From IMG/VR virus record IMGVR_UViG_3300032294_001820, positions 1 to 63,242 of that record: a DNA stretch of 63,242 bases. One strand, given 5' to 3'. Position numbers and translations under genes: made by a program. Position 1 is the stretch's first letter; each line of letters opens with the position of its first letter. The notes below the pieces were generated by a model. It did not search any database. It worked only from the letters and a program-made list of their open reading frames with translations, and was not told the DNA's origin. The stretch is from a virus. Its lineage: Duplodnaviria > Caudoviricetes. Shown here in pieces: positions 39,181-47,846 of the stretch.

Positions 39181-39231
39181 TAAGTAAGTAGTATAAAGTA
39201 TAGTAATAATAGTAAATAACCCCAATTCACT

Positions 39232-39256
39232 GTAACTTTCACCCCAGAAACTCGTA
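39232..39256 (+). promoter_or_regulatory. ECF-sigma-like promoter GTAAC-N16-CGTA
   Basis: One of 8 copies; 12 nt before the ATG at 39269. Confidence 0.65.
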
Positions 39257-39268
39257 AGAAATAAGATT

Positions 39269-39529
39269 ATGAAAACACAACCTAAAAAACACACCTACGA
39301 CTTTAAGATTTACAATGGCAGGGTAAAAATCTATGTAGATGGCTTTGTTATGTTTAGTTTCAATCAGATTGACTTCGCTGGGTATTATGGATTTAAAGAT
39401 GATTCGGAGATTTTTGGTTTGACCGTTTACCTCAATCGTGAGAAGGCTGGTCCTATGGAAATGGATATTTACTTCAAGAAAAAACAGACATGGTTGGCTA
39501 TCCTTGAATTACTTGATAAGAACTTGTAA
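39269..39529 (+). CDS. Hypothetical protein
   Basis: 86-aa ORF after the promoter motif. Confidence 0.7.
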   Translation: MKTQPKKHTYDFKIYNGRVKIYVDGFVMFSFNQIDFAGYYGFKDDSEIFGLTVYLNREKAGPMEMDIYFKKKQTWLAILELLDKNL

Positions 39530-39536
39530 TCACAAT

Positions 39537-39806
39537 ATGAAAACAACACTACTATCATTCTCAGACTTTCTTGAAGTAAGAAAAACAAAAGGTACAATCT
39601 TAGGTAAAATTGAAAACCGATTATTTATTCAAGAATCAAGAAGTCGCTTAGAGGAGTTTCAGTTGTTCACTAAAGAAGAACTTGATAATGCTGAAAAAAG
39701 CGAAGACAAATATGTAAAAACTATACACGAATTAGGATATGAATTAGTGTATCACATACGAACCCCTAAACCTTCCACTTCCCCAAAGGACAATCTTGGT
39801 TCTTAA
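39537..39806 (+). CDS. Hypothetical protein
   Basis: Likely start MKTTLL at 39537, right after the previous stop. Confidence 0.55.
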   Translation: MKTTLLSFSDFLEVRKTKGTILGKIENRLFIQESRSRLEEFQLFTKEELDNAEKSEDKYVKTIHELGYELVYHIRTPKPSTSPKDNLGS

Positions 39807-40173
39807 GCCATACCTTACCCCTTATCTTACCTACTCTGCTAATCAAAAAGCAGTCGCAAGCCATACACTTATCAAGTTTGCTGACCTTCTTTTCCTCAAA
39901 CTTACCGGTAAGTACATTCATCCTGTGTGGACATCCACGGCATATCTCCTTACGCCTCATGTACTCCAAATTATCTACATAGTCCTCATTGACCATATCA
40001 ACAACGCCTCTAACAAGGTTCTTAGCCTTGTCAATTATACCATATCCTTCTACCTGCCCAGCAACAATACTACCCTCAATTAACCTATTCTTCTCTTCGC
40101 AGGGACGGCACACAGGTTTATCCTCCTTAATTAATTCGCTATCAGTATTCATCATTGACTTCGTTAAATCCAT
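39766..40173 (-). CDS. Cys-rich small protein (DUF6171-like)
   Basis: RRKEICRGCP...KCMACDCFL...CPLGKW motif. Confidence 0.7.
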   Translation of the reverse strand: MDLTKSMMNTDSELIKEDKPVCRPCEEKNRLIEGSIVAGQVEGYGIIDKAKNLVRGVVDMVNEDYVDNLEYMRRKEICRGCPHRMNVLTGKFEEKKVSKLDKCMACDCFLISRVGKIRGKVWLKNQDCPLGKWKV

Positions 40174-40474
40174 CTATTACGATATTATCAATTTCCCCGA
40201 ACTTCTCCTTGACACCAGGTAACTCATAAACACTACCATCGTTTATCATTTCAGCAAGCATCTTCTCGGTTTTAATAGTTATCTTATCCTCAAAAACACT
40301 TTCACGATCAATAAACTTCAAGCTCAGGTACTGAGTTTTCTTATCAGGCATTAGTTTCACAAAGATACCAACTCTGCACAATTTACCACCTAACTCTAAA
40401 GGCAATCTTATATGCCCATAGAAATCAATGTCGTAAACACTCTTCTTCCTGTTGTTCTTATTCAAGAACCCCAT
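40142..40474 (-). CDS. SSB-like (DUF736-type) protein
   Basis: Start MGFLNKNNRKK at 40474; DFYGHI...IFVK...TQYLSLKF parallels the neighbouring protein. Confidence 0.5.
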   Translation of the reverse strand: MGFLNKNNRKKSVYDIDFYGHIRLPLELGGKLCRVGIFVKLMPDKKTQYLSLKFIDRESVFEDKITIKTEKMLAEMINDGSVYELPGVKEKFGEIDNIVIDGFNEVNDEY

Positions 40475-40530
40475 GCCTGGATTATAGTTGGTTACATACT
40501 CGTGAAACCCACCAAACCTAAACTGTCGTT

Positions 40531-40944
40531 TTAGAACGGAAGGTCGTCTTCCGTAGTCTGTGAAGAATGTCCATGGACCGTAGTAGGGGTTGGGCCAGAT
40601 GCTCCAGTTGCGGTAGCAGAATTGGGAGTCGATGTAGTAGGAACGCCCGTATTCCCACTTCCTGTTGAAGAACCACCACGATAAAACTTCTCCCCCAATG
40701 CAGATACTCCTCCTGAGTACCACAATTTTCCACTCTTACTTTCTCTTGCCCAAAAACTGAACTTCATTAGGGTTCCTGCTTCTAACACTTCTCCTTCGTC
40801 AGTTACAATTTTGAAAGGAAACCGAACAACAGCATCAATCGCAGGTTTTTTATCACCGGCAGTTTTGTGGTTTACATTACATACTCCCTGACCCGGCTTT
40901 AAGCCCTGATGGAACTCTGAATACAATGAATTTGAATTTGCCAT
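40531..40944 (-). CDS. Single-stranded DNA-binding protein-like
   Basis: SFWARESKSGKLWYSG core, G/T/S linker and acidic DDLPF C-terminus. Confidence 0.65.
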   Translation of the reverse strand: MANSNSLYSEFHQGLKPGQGVCNVNHKTAGDKKPAIDAVVRFPFKIVTDEGEVLEAGTLMKFSFWARESKSGKLWYSGGVSALGEKFYRGGSSTGSGNTGVPTTSTPNSATATGASGPTPTTVHGHSSQTTEDDLPF

Positions 40945-40965
40945 ATACTTACTTTATTTACAATT

Positions 40966-41298
40966 TTACTTAATAAATGATTTGTTGATGTAGGCAATGC
41001 AATCTTCAATAGACCTGCCACCTAATGCTACACCAACAGGTTCTCCTAACCTAACTTTTTCAATAAACTCCTCCTCGGTCATACCTACCGGAATGATAGT
41101 CTTATCGAACAAAATGGATTTACTTTGCAGATTTTCTATGTCCTTATCCATTGATTCAATTACCCTATCATAGACACGACAAACCCTTTCGTGTTCAGAT
41201 TCTTTTCTCTTTAATAAAATGTACCAATACAAGTTAGGGCCAATAAAGGCTAACAACAAACTCAATAAATCTAACATTTCCATATTACTTACCCTCAA
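40966..41298 (-). CDS. Membrane-anchored hypothetical protein
   Basis: N-terminal hydrophobic helix followed by a coiled coil. Confidence 0.55.
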   Translation of the reverse strand: MRVSNMEMLDLLSLLLAFIGPNLYWYILLKRKESEHERVCRVYDRVIESMDKDIENLQSKSILFDKTIIPVGMTEEEFIEKVRLGEPVGVALGGRSIEDCIAYINKSFIK

Positions 41299-41494
41299 AC
41301 AACCAACAACAGTCAGTCTTTAATACAACCAATTTACTCTCAGCACAAATACCATCACTCCCAAACTTAACACAGTTCACACACCTATCCCCCAACTCAG
41401 CATCACTCTTTCCGCTAAACTCATTAAATGCAACATCCTTCACCCACTTCATGTCTGCTTCGCTTAATTCAATTGGTTCCTTATTTTCTTCCAT
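41285..41494 (-). CDS. Small Cys-rich protein
   Basis: CVNCVKF...C...CCWLFE metal-binding pattern. Confidence 0.55.
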   Translation of the reverse strand: MEENKEPIELSEADMKWVKDVAFNEFSGKSDAELGDRCVNCVKFGSDGICAESKLVVLKTDCCWLFEGK

Positions 41495-41497
41495 AAC

Positions 41498-41926
41498 CTA
41501 AACCTTACTACCAAACAACCTATCCCAAATCTGAATAGCCCTTTTCCTGTCATGAAAATCCCCTGCAAAAGCAACTCTCGGATTTACCATAACACTCCTA
41601 CGACCTGTTACACTATTACTACTCAATACCAACCTTTTAGCCTTCAATACCTTCATATCACGCTGATACCTCCTGACATTGCCATCCCAACTATCAATAC
41701 CCCTATAAGCTATCCCAATTACATCAAACCTAACCCTGCTATCACAAAGCATAACGCAGTTGCTTAAAACATCACTATGGAAAAGCAATGAACGAAATAG
41801 CCTGAACTCACTATCACTCATATTGTTAAGGCTAAAGATACTGTCATTGTAATACCTAACATACCTATACCTATTACCGCAATACGGACTCAATTCAGCC
41901 TCATTAACTACTTTATCACTATCCAT
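41498..41926 (-). CDS. RepL-like winged-helix DNA-binding protein
   Basis: LKAKRLV...VMVNPRVAFAG resembles RepL-type wHTH; start MDSDKV at 41926 lies just after a TAACTTTG box (41941-41948). Confidence 0.55.
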   Translation of the reverse strand: MDSDKVVNEAELSPYCGNRYRYVRYYNDSIFSLNNMSDSEFRLFRSLLFHSDVLSNCVMLCDSRVRFDVIGIAYRGIDSWDGNVRRYQRDMKVLKAKRLVLSSNSVTGRRSVMVNPRVAFAGDFHDRKRAIQIWDRLFGSKV

Positions 41927-43325
41927 AATAATTAATATCACAAAGTTAGCAAGAATGAAACAAAAAACAAAAAAGCGTTCAATTTGTGTAATTATTTTTC
42001 CGAAAACGACAAGAAACTGTGGTTTTTGAGGCACTTTTTAGCAACCCAAATACTGAGTATCAAGCAGTTACAAAAGCCCCTTATCTTAGATGTGCTTCGC
42101 AGTTTTTTACTTACTGTTTTTAATCAAAAGCACATCCCTGTTATACGAACTCCAACTCCGCTTCCCTTCCCTTCAGCCTATCATTTTTATCGTTTAGTGC
42201 TTAACTCACAAACTAAACTAACCACAGCACTTAAACTCAAAAACATACTACTCCCACCCACCCACTCAAAAATTCATTTCGGTTCACAACTCCCAATTTG
42301 CCCTCATTCATTTTTTCGGGGTGGTCGTTTGATAACCAATTTGCAGTGTACTTAATTACCGATACCCTGAACACCTATCATCCCACAACCAGCCGCTTTA
42401 AATTTCATTCCCCACGCATTGCGGTTTGTTCGCATTTTCATGCCCTGCAATCCCAACCCTTCCATGACGAACAAATCCTCATTTGGGGGTGTGCGTGATT
42501 TTTTTAGCAGTGTAAAATCCGGTAGTAGCAATTTCGGGCGAGAAACCCCAAAGCCATGAAACGCAATCCGAATTATCGAAACAAACTTCGTATGTGTAAA
42601 ACCAAAACCAATCAAAGCCTGCTCGCTGAAATTAACTTCGTGTGTGAAGTGGGGGTATGATTATATAAAAGCACCCCCGGTCCTGGCTGTGGCGAAAATT
42701 CAAAATCCGCAAACCGGCAAAGGGGAGGTTCAATTTCGTGCCTATCCTATCCTTTGCAGGGCCTTGAATTATGCCAGTATGTCAGTACCTTAATACTATT
42801 ATATTGAATCCGGTATCATTCGTTCCTTAATTGCTTGCTTATCAACCTGTTAACCTATGAGATAAATCCTACTTAACATAATATAACTTATAAGTACACA
42901 CTATTAGTATAATGGTATTATATTCACGCTCATTCGTGCCGGGTTCGGGTTCGGTTGAATTCGGTTGAATGAATTTAGGATTGAAAAATTTCCTTACTTT
43001 CCCTTTGTACAAAAGATACGGAAATTACTCCCTCCCTTAAAACCTATTCAAAGGGATCAAGTTTTAGTTTATTCCGGTCCTTTCCTTGGTATCGTTTGAG
43101 CCTGGTTTTTATTCAGGTCCTTAGTTTCGTTTGTGTGCCTGGTTATTCGTTTGAGATAGGATTAATTAAATATAATTTACTTATTCATTAAAATTTTTTT
43201 TGGTTGATAATCAGGTTGTTATAAATTATTTGTTAACTTTTTATAAATACTACTTGTTTTTAATAAAATCCTGCTTTTACTTTGCTGTCAGTTAATCAAT
43301 TCACCACTTAATCATTTTATCACTT
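41927..43325. other. Large non-coding divergence region (possible genome end / packaging and early promoter region)
   Basis: About 1.4 kb without a credible ORF, at a strand switch; three IHF-like boxes and a GGGGGT/ACCCCC inverted repeat. Confidence 0.5.
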
Positions 43326-43616
43326 ATGAAAACTTCATTTTACTTTCGTTCGCCTGTTTTATCCTTTTGGGACCTATCCTTTGATGAACAAATCAAAGTA
43401 GGACAGGAAATGGATTATTTGAGTCCCTCAGAATTAGAGAATGAATCCTTTGTTATTGACTCGGAAAGGTCCGAAATTTTACCTTTGTCAATGTTTATGA
43501 GAGTTGATAAGCCGGGTATTTTTTGTGGCGTTTATGGTCAGACCGCTTTTTCAGCCTATTTCATAGCAATTTCAAAATGTGGCGAAGATGCCGTAATTGC
43601 TTACAAATACTCCTAA
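43326..43616 (+). CDS. Early hypothetical protein
   Basis: 96-aa first gene of the plus-strand cluster. Confidence 0.7.
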   Translation: MKTSFYFRSPVLSFWDLSFDEQIKVGQEMDYLSPSELENESFVIDSERSEILPLSMFMRVDKPGIFCGVYGQTAFSAYFIAISKCGEDAVIAYKYS

Positions 43617-43645
43617 TTTAATCATTCACCCTTAAACCGTTTTTT

Positions 43646-43819
43646 ATGTTTTTAACACCAAAAGAGAAACAATTATACACCCAATTAGTAAGGGAGTATA
43701 ACAGCAGTCCAATTTCAAATATTTGCAGTTTAGACAGGTTTTTTAAATCAAAGTACGAAAATTCCGGATACCTTACCAGTTATTACAATGTTTGGAAATT
43801 TGCCCAAAATAATCAATAA
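43646..43819 (+). CDS. Small early hypothetical protein (57 aa)
   Basis: Hand-translated MFLTPKEKQLYTQLVREYNS...WKFAQNNQ*. Confidence 0.55.
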   Translation: MFLTPKEKQLYTQLVREYNSSPISNICSLDRFFKSKYENSGYLTSYYNVWKFAQNNQ

Positions 43820-43883
43820 TTCACATTCAAACCGTACCGGACGGATTCCGGGATATTCACCTAATTAAAACCAAAAAAAAGTT

Positions 43884-44057
43884 ATGAGTACAGAAACAAT
43901 TAAAAGACAGACAAAGGATTCAATCCTTGCGGAAATCAATTCCAATGGCGGTTTTGACAATTTCAGAAATTGGAATATTGCCGACAAAACAAAGTGGGTA
44001 ATGGCAAACTACAATTGCACCAAAAAATTAGCATTCAAAATAGCCTGTGAGTTATGA
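43884..44057 (+). CDS. Small early hypothetical protein (57 aa)
   Basis: Hand-translated MSTETIKRQTKDSILAEINS...AFKIACEL*, with an A-rich leader. Confidence 0.6.
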   Translation: MSTETIKRQTKDSILAEINSNGGFDNFRNWNIADKTKWVMANYNCTKKLAFKIACEL

Positions 44058-44175
44058 GAAAATTTCCCAAGCGTCCGAAAAACATTCATTCTTTGTCATT
44101 CACAGAATGGCTAATTGTAATTCTTTTAGTAATGGCAACAACACTTATCATTCACAATTTAACACTTTGAAACCT

Positions 44176-44574
44176 ATGAAATTCATTCAAAAATCCCTCG
44201 AATACAGGGAAAGACAAGCAGATTTGCACAATGAAACCAAAGAACTTTCCAGGCTTATTGCCATCAGGGAGAAGCTCGGTCTACCTGCTGGAGATTATAA
44301 CCTGAAACCACAGGCAAAAAAACATCCACTAAAAACCCTCGTTATCCTGCTCGCTATTGCAATATTCACGGGCTGTCAAACCCAAGTGCCAAGCAACTGT
44401 ATTAAAGCAAGCAGAATGTACCGTATTGCCAAAAAGACCCTGAAAACAGGAAAGCACTCAGGGGGATTCTTTCTCATGCACGATTCAACCCACGCATTCC
44501 ATGTATCACCGGGCAAATACCGAGTTATCCGGAACTACTATTTAATTGACAATCACTTTATTTATGTACCGTAA
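44176..44574 (+). CDS. Hypothetical protein with internal lipobox-like segment
   Basis: Likely start MKFIQK at 44176; contains LVILLAIAIFTGC. Confidence 0.55.
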   Translation: MKFIQKSLEYRERQADLHNETKELSRLIAIREKLGLPAGDYNLKPQAKKHPLKTLVILLAIAIFTGCQTQVPSNCIKASRMYRIAKKTLKTGKHSGGFFLMHDSTHAFHVSPGKYRVIRNYYLIDNHFIYVP

Positions 44575-44577
44575 GTA

Positions 44578-44853
44578 ATGAAAACAACCCTTAAAGACAA
44601 CTACGCAAATGAAGCGTATAAAAAATTCATTGACGACTGCTACCTGAAAATGTCAGTAGCAAAACGGAGATTAGGAATGACCAATAACGAAATTGCCGAA
44701 ATCACCGGGCTTACTCCAGTAACAGTTTCTAATATCATCACCGGAAAAGCAAGTTCAGTACAATCTGTTATTGCAGTCCTGCATTGTCTTGATATGGACC
44801 TTAAAGCTCGTAACAGAGAAGGGTTCCAGGAAAGGAGAAGGGAAGATATATGA
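44578..44853 (+). CDS. XRE-family HTH regulator
   Basis: MTNNEIAEITGLTPVTVSNIITGK motif. Confidence 0.8.
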   Translation: MKTTLKDNYANEAYKKFIDDCYLKMSVAKRRLGMTNNEIAEITGLTPVTVSNIITGKASSVQSVIAVLHCLDMDLKARNREGFQERRREDI

Positions 44854-45050
44854 AATCATTAATTATTTGGCAGTTAATCTATTGGGCACCGTTCATTTGT
44901 TACTTAATCTGTGCAGTATTTTTGAAACGGATCAGGGGATACAATTGCTATTCAGACATATTGATTAACACTTTCCTATCCTGCTTCATGGTAACATGGT
45001 TCGTAGCATGGCATAATCTCTATGAGTTAATTACTGACAAGCACAGGTAG
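44850..45050 (+). CDS. Small two-TM membrane protein
   Basis: Two hydrophobic helices; ATGA overlap. Confidence 0.6.
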   Translation: MKSLIIWQLIYWAPFICYLICAVFLKRIRGYNCYSDILINTFLSCFMVTWFVAWHNLYELITDKHR

Positions 45051-45067
45051 GATTGATTGATTAGGTA

Positions 45068-45107
45068 GAAAAAAAAGAAACCGGGCTGTAATTAGTCCGG
45101 TTTTTTT
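45068..45107. terminator. Bidirectional intrinsic terminator
   Basis: AAACCGGGCT/AGTCCGGTTT stem flanked by A- and T-tracts between convergent units. Confidence 0.85.
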
Positions 45108-45185
45108 ATGCTTTTTATGGTAGGTTCAGGGCTGATATTAACCTGAGAAAACAGGGTGAAATTATACACGAATCACCGGGTAAAA

Positions 45186-45347
45186 TTACTCCGGTTGTCC
45201 GTCCGGCAACGAATGTTTTTTAACAAACTCGATTAAGACATCCAATGCCTCAGTAATTTGGCGTGGTGTGTATTTCATTTCATCAATCAGTCCTTGTCGA
45301 TACTGCTGATGATATTCAAGTATTTCGAGGGCTTTGTCTTTACTCAT
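45186..45347 (-). CDS. Small hypothetical protein (53 aa)
   Basis: Hand-translated MSKDKALEILEYHQQYRQG...PRQITEALDVLIEF...*, overlapping the previous stop. Confidence 0.6.
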   Translation of the reverse strand: MSKDKALEILEYHQQYRQGLIDEMKYTPRQITEALDVLIEFVKKHSLPDGQPE

Positions 45348-45783
45348 AAACCCACACTCCTTTCAATGTTGCGTCTGGGTGCGTGGCGGGAATTAATTGC
45401 CAAATCTCCAAAGCATGATTATAATATCGCACCATCTTCACCTCAATCGCAATTGGGATGCGTGGGGTGCGGAGGGATGCGATAAAGTCATCAAATGAAT
45501 CAAATGGCTCAAGTGTTCTACCGTAAGCGAATGCCTGAGCCATATCGTACAAGGTAAACTCGTACTTCTCACGGGCTTTGGAGTAACCTCTAACAAAGCC
45601 ACTTTTCAAATCTTTATTTAAGTCGTATGGATTACCTCCTCTGATGCTATCAATGTCAGTTCCGTATTGGGATTCAGCCATCCCCTCAATATCATCATCC
45701 TGATAATTTGGTATCTTAGGCAACTTGTACCCCTCCAATTCGGGGCAGGTTAGTTCGGGGGTTAGTTTAAATGTTTTTTTCAT
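45340..45783 (-). CDS. Hypothetical protein
   Basis: 147-aa ORF. Confidence 0.65.
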   Translation of the reverse strand: MKKTFKLTPELTCPELEGYKLPKIPNYQDDDIEGMAESQYGTDIDSIRGGNPYDLNKDLKSGFVRGYSKAREKYEFTLYDMAQAFAYGRTLEPFDSFDDFIASLRTPRIPIAIEVKMVRYYNHALEIWQLIPATHPDATLKGVWVYE

Positions 45784-45784
45784 G

Positions 45785-45940
45785 TTAATTACAATCGTTT
45801 AATTCAAATTCAATGATTTTTGAAACTTTCCTGTACATAAAATAATAGAAGTCTGGATAATAATTACTTCGATTCAATCTCCTTGCCTCGATTCGGTTGC
45901 GGATGTCGGAGGGGCGGATTATTTTTTTGTGGATAAACAT
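45785..45940 (-). CDS. Small hypothetical protein (51 aa)
   Basis: Hand-translated MFIHKKIIRPSDIRNRIEARR...ELNDCN*, filling the gap exactly. Confidence 0.45.
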   Translation of the reverse strand: MFIHKKIIRPSDIRNRIEARRLNRSNYYPDFYYFMYRKVSKIIEFELNDCN

Positions 45941-45943
45941 ATT

Positions 45944-45998
45944 TAAATTGCTGATTGTCAGATATGGTTTAGAATATTGTTGCGTAAAGCCTGTTGTT
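45944..45998 (+). other. attI-like landing pad A
   Basis: IHF-like box (AATCAGCAATTTA on minus, 45944-45956), N23, TTGCGTA, N7, TTG^TT; same layout as pad B. Confidence 0.6.
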
Positions 45999-46803
45999 AG
46001 CTGCCATGCCGTGACAGCCTCCGTTAAAACATTCGTAGTTGTGATTTGAAGTCATTAAAACGCTTTTTAGATTTTTCGTAATAATCGGCATCAATCTCAA
46101 ATCCAACAAAGTTGAACCCACCTTTGTCCGCTGCTATTCGTGAGCTTCCACTTCCCAAGTGAGTATCCAAAATCAAATCCCCACGCTTTGCATAGTTCTG
46201 TAAAATCCAATCATACAATGCTACTGGCTTTTGTGTGGGATGTATCCGTTCTTCTTTGTCCTTCATATTCTGTTGTAACATTCCGTTCCATCTCCATTGA
46301 AACTTCCTTACTGCAGTATCAAATGAAGTCCAAGCCAATTCACAATCAGCGAAGTTTCCTGTATTGTCTTTATCCCACACAAGCCAGCAGCTACTATCGT
46401 GTGGCATTTTACTAATAAAGTGATTAGCCCCCCACACAATTTGATTTTTGGATACTCTAAACAGTTGGCGGAAATATTCTTCATTTGGTGGCTGTTTATC
46501 CCATTCTTTAGCTCCGTAATCCTTAGCTTTACCTGCGTTGTTTCCGCCAACCTTCCCAGTTTTAGCCACGTCAATCCCATAAGGTGGGTCAACTATCGCT
46601 AAATCAAAATGGTTATCGTTAAAGCGTTTTAATGCCTCCGTGCAGTCTTCTAAATAAACTTCGGTGAAAGGCACGGCAGCTAACACGGGTTTGGCAAAAG
46701 CGGGGCTTCCGTTTTCCAAATCAACTTTTGTATGTAAATCAAATTCTGTCATTCTATTAAACTTTTGTGGTTAAATTCCCCGCCTTCGCCAAGCCCGAAA
46801 ACG
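45997..46803. mobile_element. Integron-like gene cassette 1 (807 bp)
   Basis: Start GTTAGCTGCC (45996) is the exact reverse complement of GGCAGCTAAC (46675), which opens its attC-like hairpin. Confidence 0.8.
46024..46752 (-). CDS. DNA N6-adenine / N4-cytosine methyltransferase (beta class)
   Basis: IVDPPY, HPTQKP and LDTHLGSGS motifs. Confidence 0.92.
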   Translation of the reverse strand: MTEFDLHTKVDLENGSPAFAKPVLAAVPFTEVYLEDCTEALKRFNDNHFDLAIVDPPYGIDVAKTGKVGGNNAGKAKDYGAKEWDKQPPNEEYFRQLFRVSKNQIVWGANHFISKMPHDSSCWLVWDKDNTGNFADCELAWTSFDTAVRKFQWRWNGMLQQNMKDKEERIHPTQKPVALYDWILQNYAKRGDLILDTHLGSGSSRIAADKGGFNFVGFEIDADYYEKSKKRFNDFKSQLRMF

Positions 46804-46812
46804 TTATGTGCC
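46675..46812 (+). repeat. attC-like site 1
   Basis: ...CTAAC, 20-nt arm 46686-46705, loop, 20-nt arm 46778-46797 (17/20 complementary), AAAAC, GTT. Confidence 0.8.
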
Positions 46813-47134
46813 ATTAATAGACACCACTCCAAGTACAATTGTGATACGGCTTCTTAATGTCGTTGCCGTTTTTGCCTCTTAATTTAAGAGAGTTGGTTCT
46901 CTTAAATCCAAAGTTTTTAAAATAAGCGACCTCAATAAACGGCAACTTAAATCCGAATGAATAATGAAAATGGTGTATGTAATGAACACCAGTAAGCAAT
47001 TGAATTAATCTAAATTTTTTCATCTGTTTTTAAATTTTAACGGCACATAACAAGGGCTTTGCGTAATAGCCCTATCAAGTGTCGTGGTTAATTTTAAGTT
47101 TCTACTAAGGGCTACTACGCAAAGCCCCGATACG
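46804..47134. mobile_element. Integron-like gene cassette 2 (331 bp)
   Basis: Start GTTATGTGCC (46803) is the exact reverse complement of GGCACATAAC (47042). Confidence 0.8.
46814..47023 (-). CDS. Small basic hypothetical protein (cassette 2 cargo)
   Basis: 69-aa ORF filling the cassette, with an A-rich leader. Confidence 0.55.
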   Translation of the reverse strand: MKKFRLIQLLTGVHYIHHFHYSFGFKLPFIEVAYFKNFGFKRTNSLKLRGKNGNDIKKPYHNCTWSGVY

Positions 47135-47140
47135 TTACCT
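47042..47140 (+). repeat. attC-like site 2
   Basis: ...ATAAC, arms GGGCTTTGCGTAATAGCCCT / AGGGCTACTACGCAAAGCCC (19/20), CGATAC, GTT. Confidence 0.8.
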
Positions 47141-47524
47141 CTTTACCCCTATCCAAAACCCATCCCCACTAATCGGGTATCGGTCAACCCGTTTGAATTC
47201 GAGTTTGCCCGGTGTAATGCGATAAATCAGGGCTTCGTTATTCCAATCAGTAACATCCCAGACCTGAACGAAATAATGCGAGTGTTTGCCGTAAAGTTTG
47301 ATAATAACGGCACAATCCGAGGCGAGTGTATCTTTATCGGACATAAACCAATCGGGGTACAAGCAGGACAAAGGAATAGCATCGAAGCCTTCGTAAACCT
47401 CGTTACGATTCAAGTCTATTAGTACCGTATCTTTTGGAATTTCGTTTCGGGTAAGCGTCCATCCGGCATAGTATTTATCGGATTCAAGTGCCCATAGTGG
47501 GTGTGTTGATGGTGTGAATGTCAT
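47135..47524 (-). CDS. Hypothetical protein
   Basis: 129 aa; its TAA stop forms the GTT core that closes array A. Confidence 0.65.
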   Translation of the reverse strand: MTFTPSTHPLWALESDKYYAGWTLTRNEIPKDTVLIDLNRNEVYEGFDAIPLSCLYPDWFMSDKDTLASDCAVIIKLYGKHSHYFVQVWDVTDWNNEALIYRITPGKLEFKRVDRYPISGDGFWIGVKR

Positions 47525-47697
47525 GATACGCTAAATGTTTTACCTGTTGATGTTTCGCAATAATACCTGCCTATTAAACCGTTTCTATAATGGAAATCGT
47601 TTGCAACAGATATTGCATGATTGTCTGAAATTGCTTCAAGTTTAAATTCTTGAATATTTACCCCACCGGAAATCTTGAACATTATAAATGTTATCAT
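47521..47697 (-). CDS. Small hypothetical protein (58 aa)
   Basis: Hand-translated MITFIMFKISGGVNIQ...GKTFSVS*; ATGA overlap; follows an ECF-like motif. Confidence 0.55.
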   Translation of the reverse strand: MITFIMFKISGGVNIQEFKLEAISDNHAISVANDFHYRNGLIGRYYCETSTGKTFSVS

Positions 47698-47705
47698 ACT
47701 CCTTA

Positions 47706-47730
47706 TACGCTATTCGTTCCAAAAAGTTAC
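47706..47730 (-). promoter_or_regulatory. ECF-sigma-like promoter GTAAC-N16-CGTA
   Basis: Followed by TAAGGAGTATG. Confidence 0.65.
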
Positions 47731-47846
47731 TTGCCCGTCTTAACTATCCTCAATATTGTCGATTCGGCTTTGCCGTACATTTTGGCTATGTCGTAGATTG
47801 ACATTCCACACTCGTAAAATGCAAGGATGTATTGGGTTTCGGTCAT
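47727..47846 (-). CDS. Mini HTH protein (39 aa)
   Basis: Hand-translated MTETQYILAFYECGMSIYDIAKMYGKAESTILRIVKTGK*. Confidence 0.55.
   Translation of the reverse strand: MTETQYILAFYECGMSIYDIAKMYGKAESTILRIVKTGK

Noticed and set aside
40475-40733. Extended 193-aa version of 40142.. and the 40518..40733 ORF
   Set aside because: The extensions overlap the SSB-like gene in other frames; the ATG at 40474 gives a coherent domain.
41984-42615. ORFs called within the large non-coding region
   Set aside because: Non-ATG starts, compositionally biased sequence and no motifs.
42058-43221. Additional empty attI-like pads at the three IHF-like boxes
   Set aside because: None has the TACGCAA/TTGCGTA box at 23 nt or an AAC/GTT core at the matching distance.
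47084-47422. Plus-strand 112-aa ORF starting in attC2, as a possible forward cassette gene
   Set aside because: It is antisense to 47135..47524, which fits the operon with an ATGA overlap, and no attC follows it.
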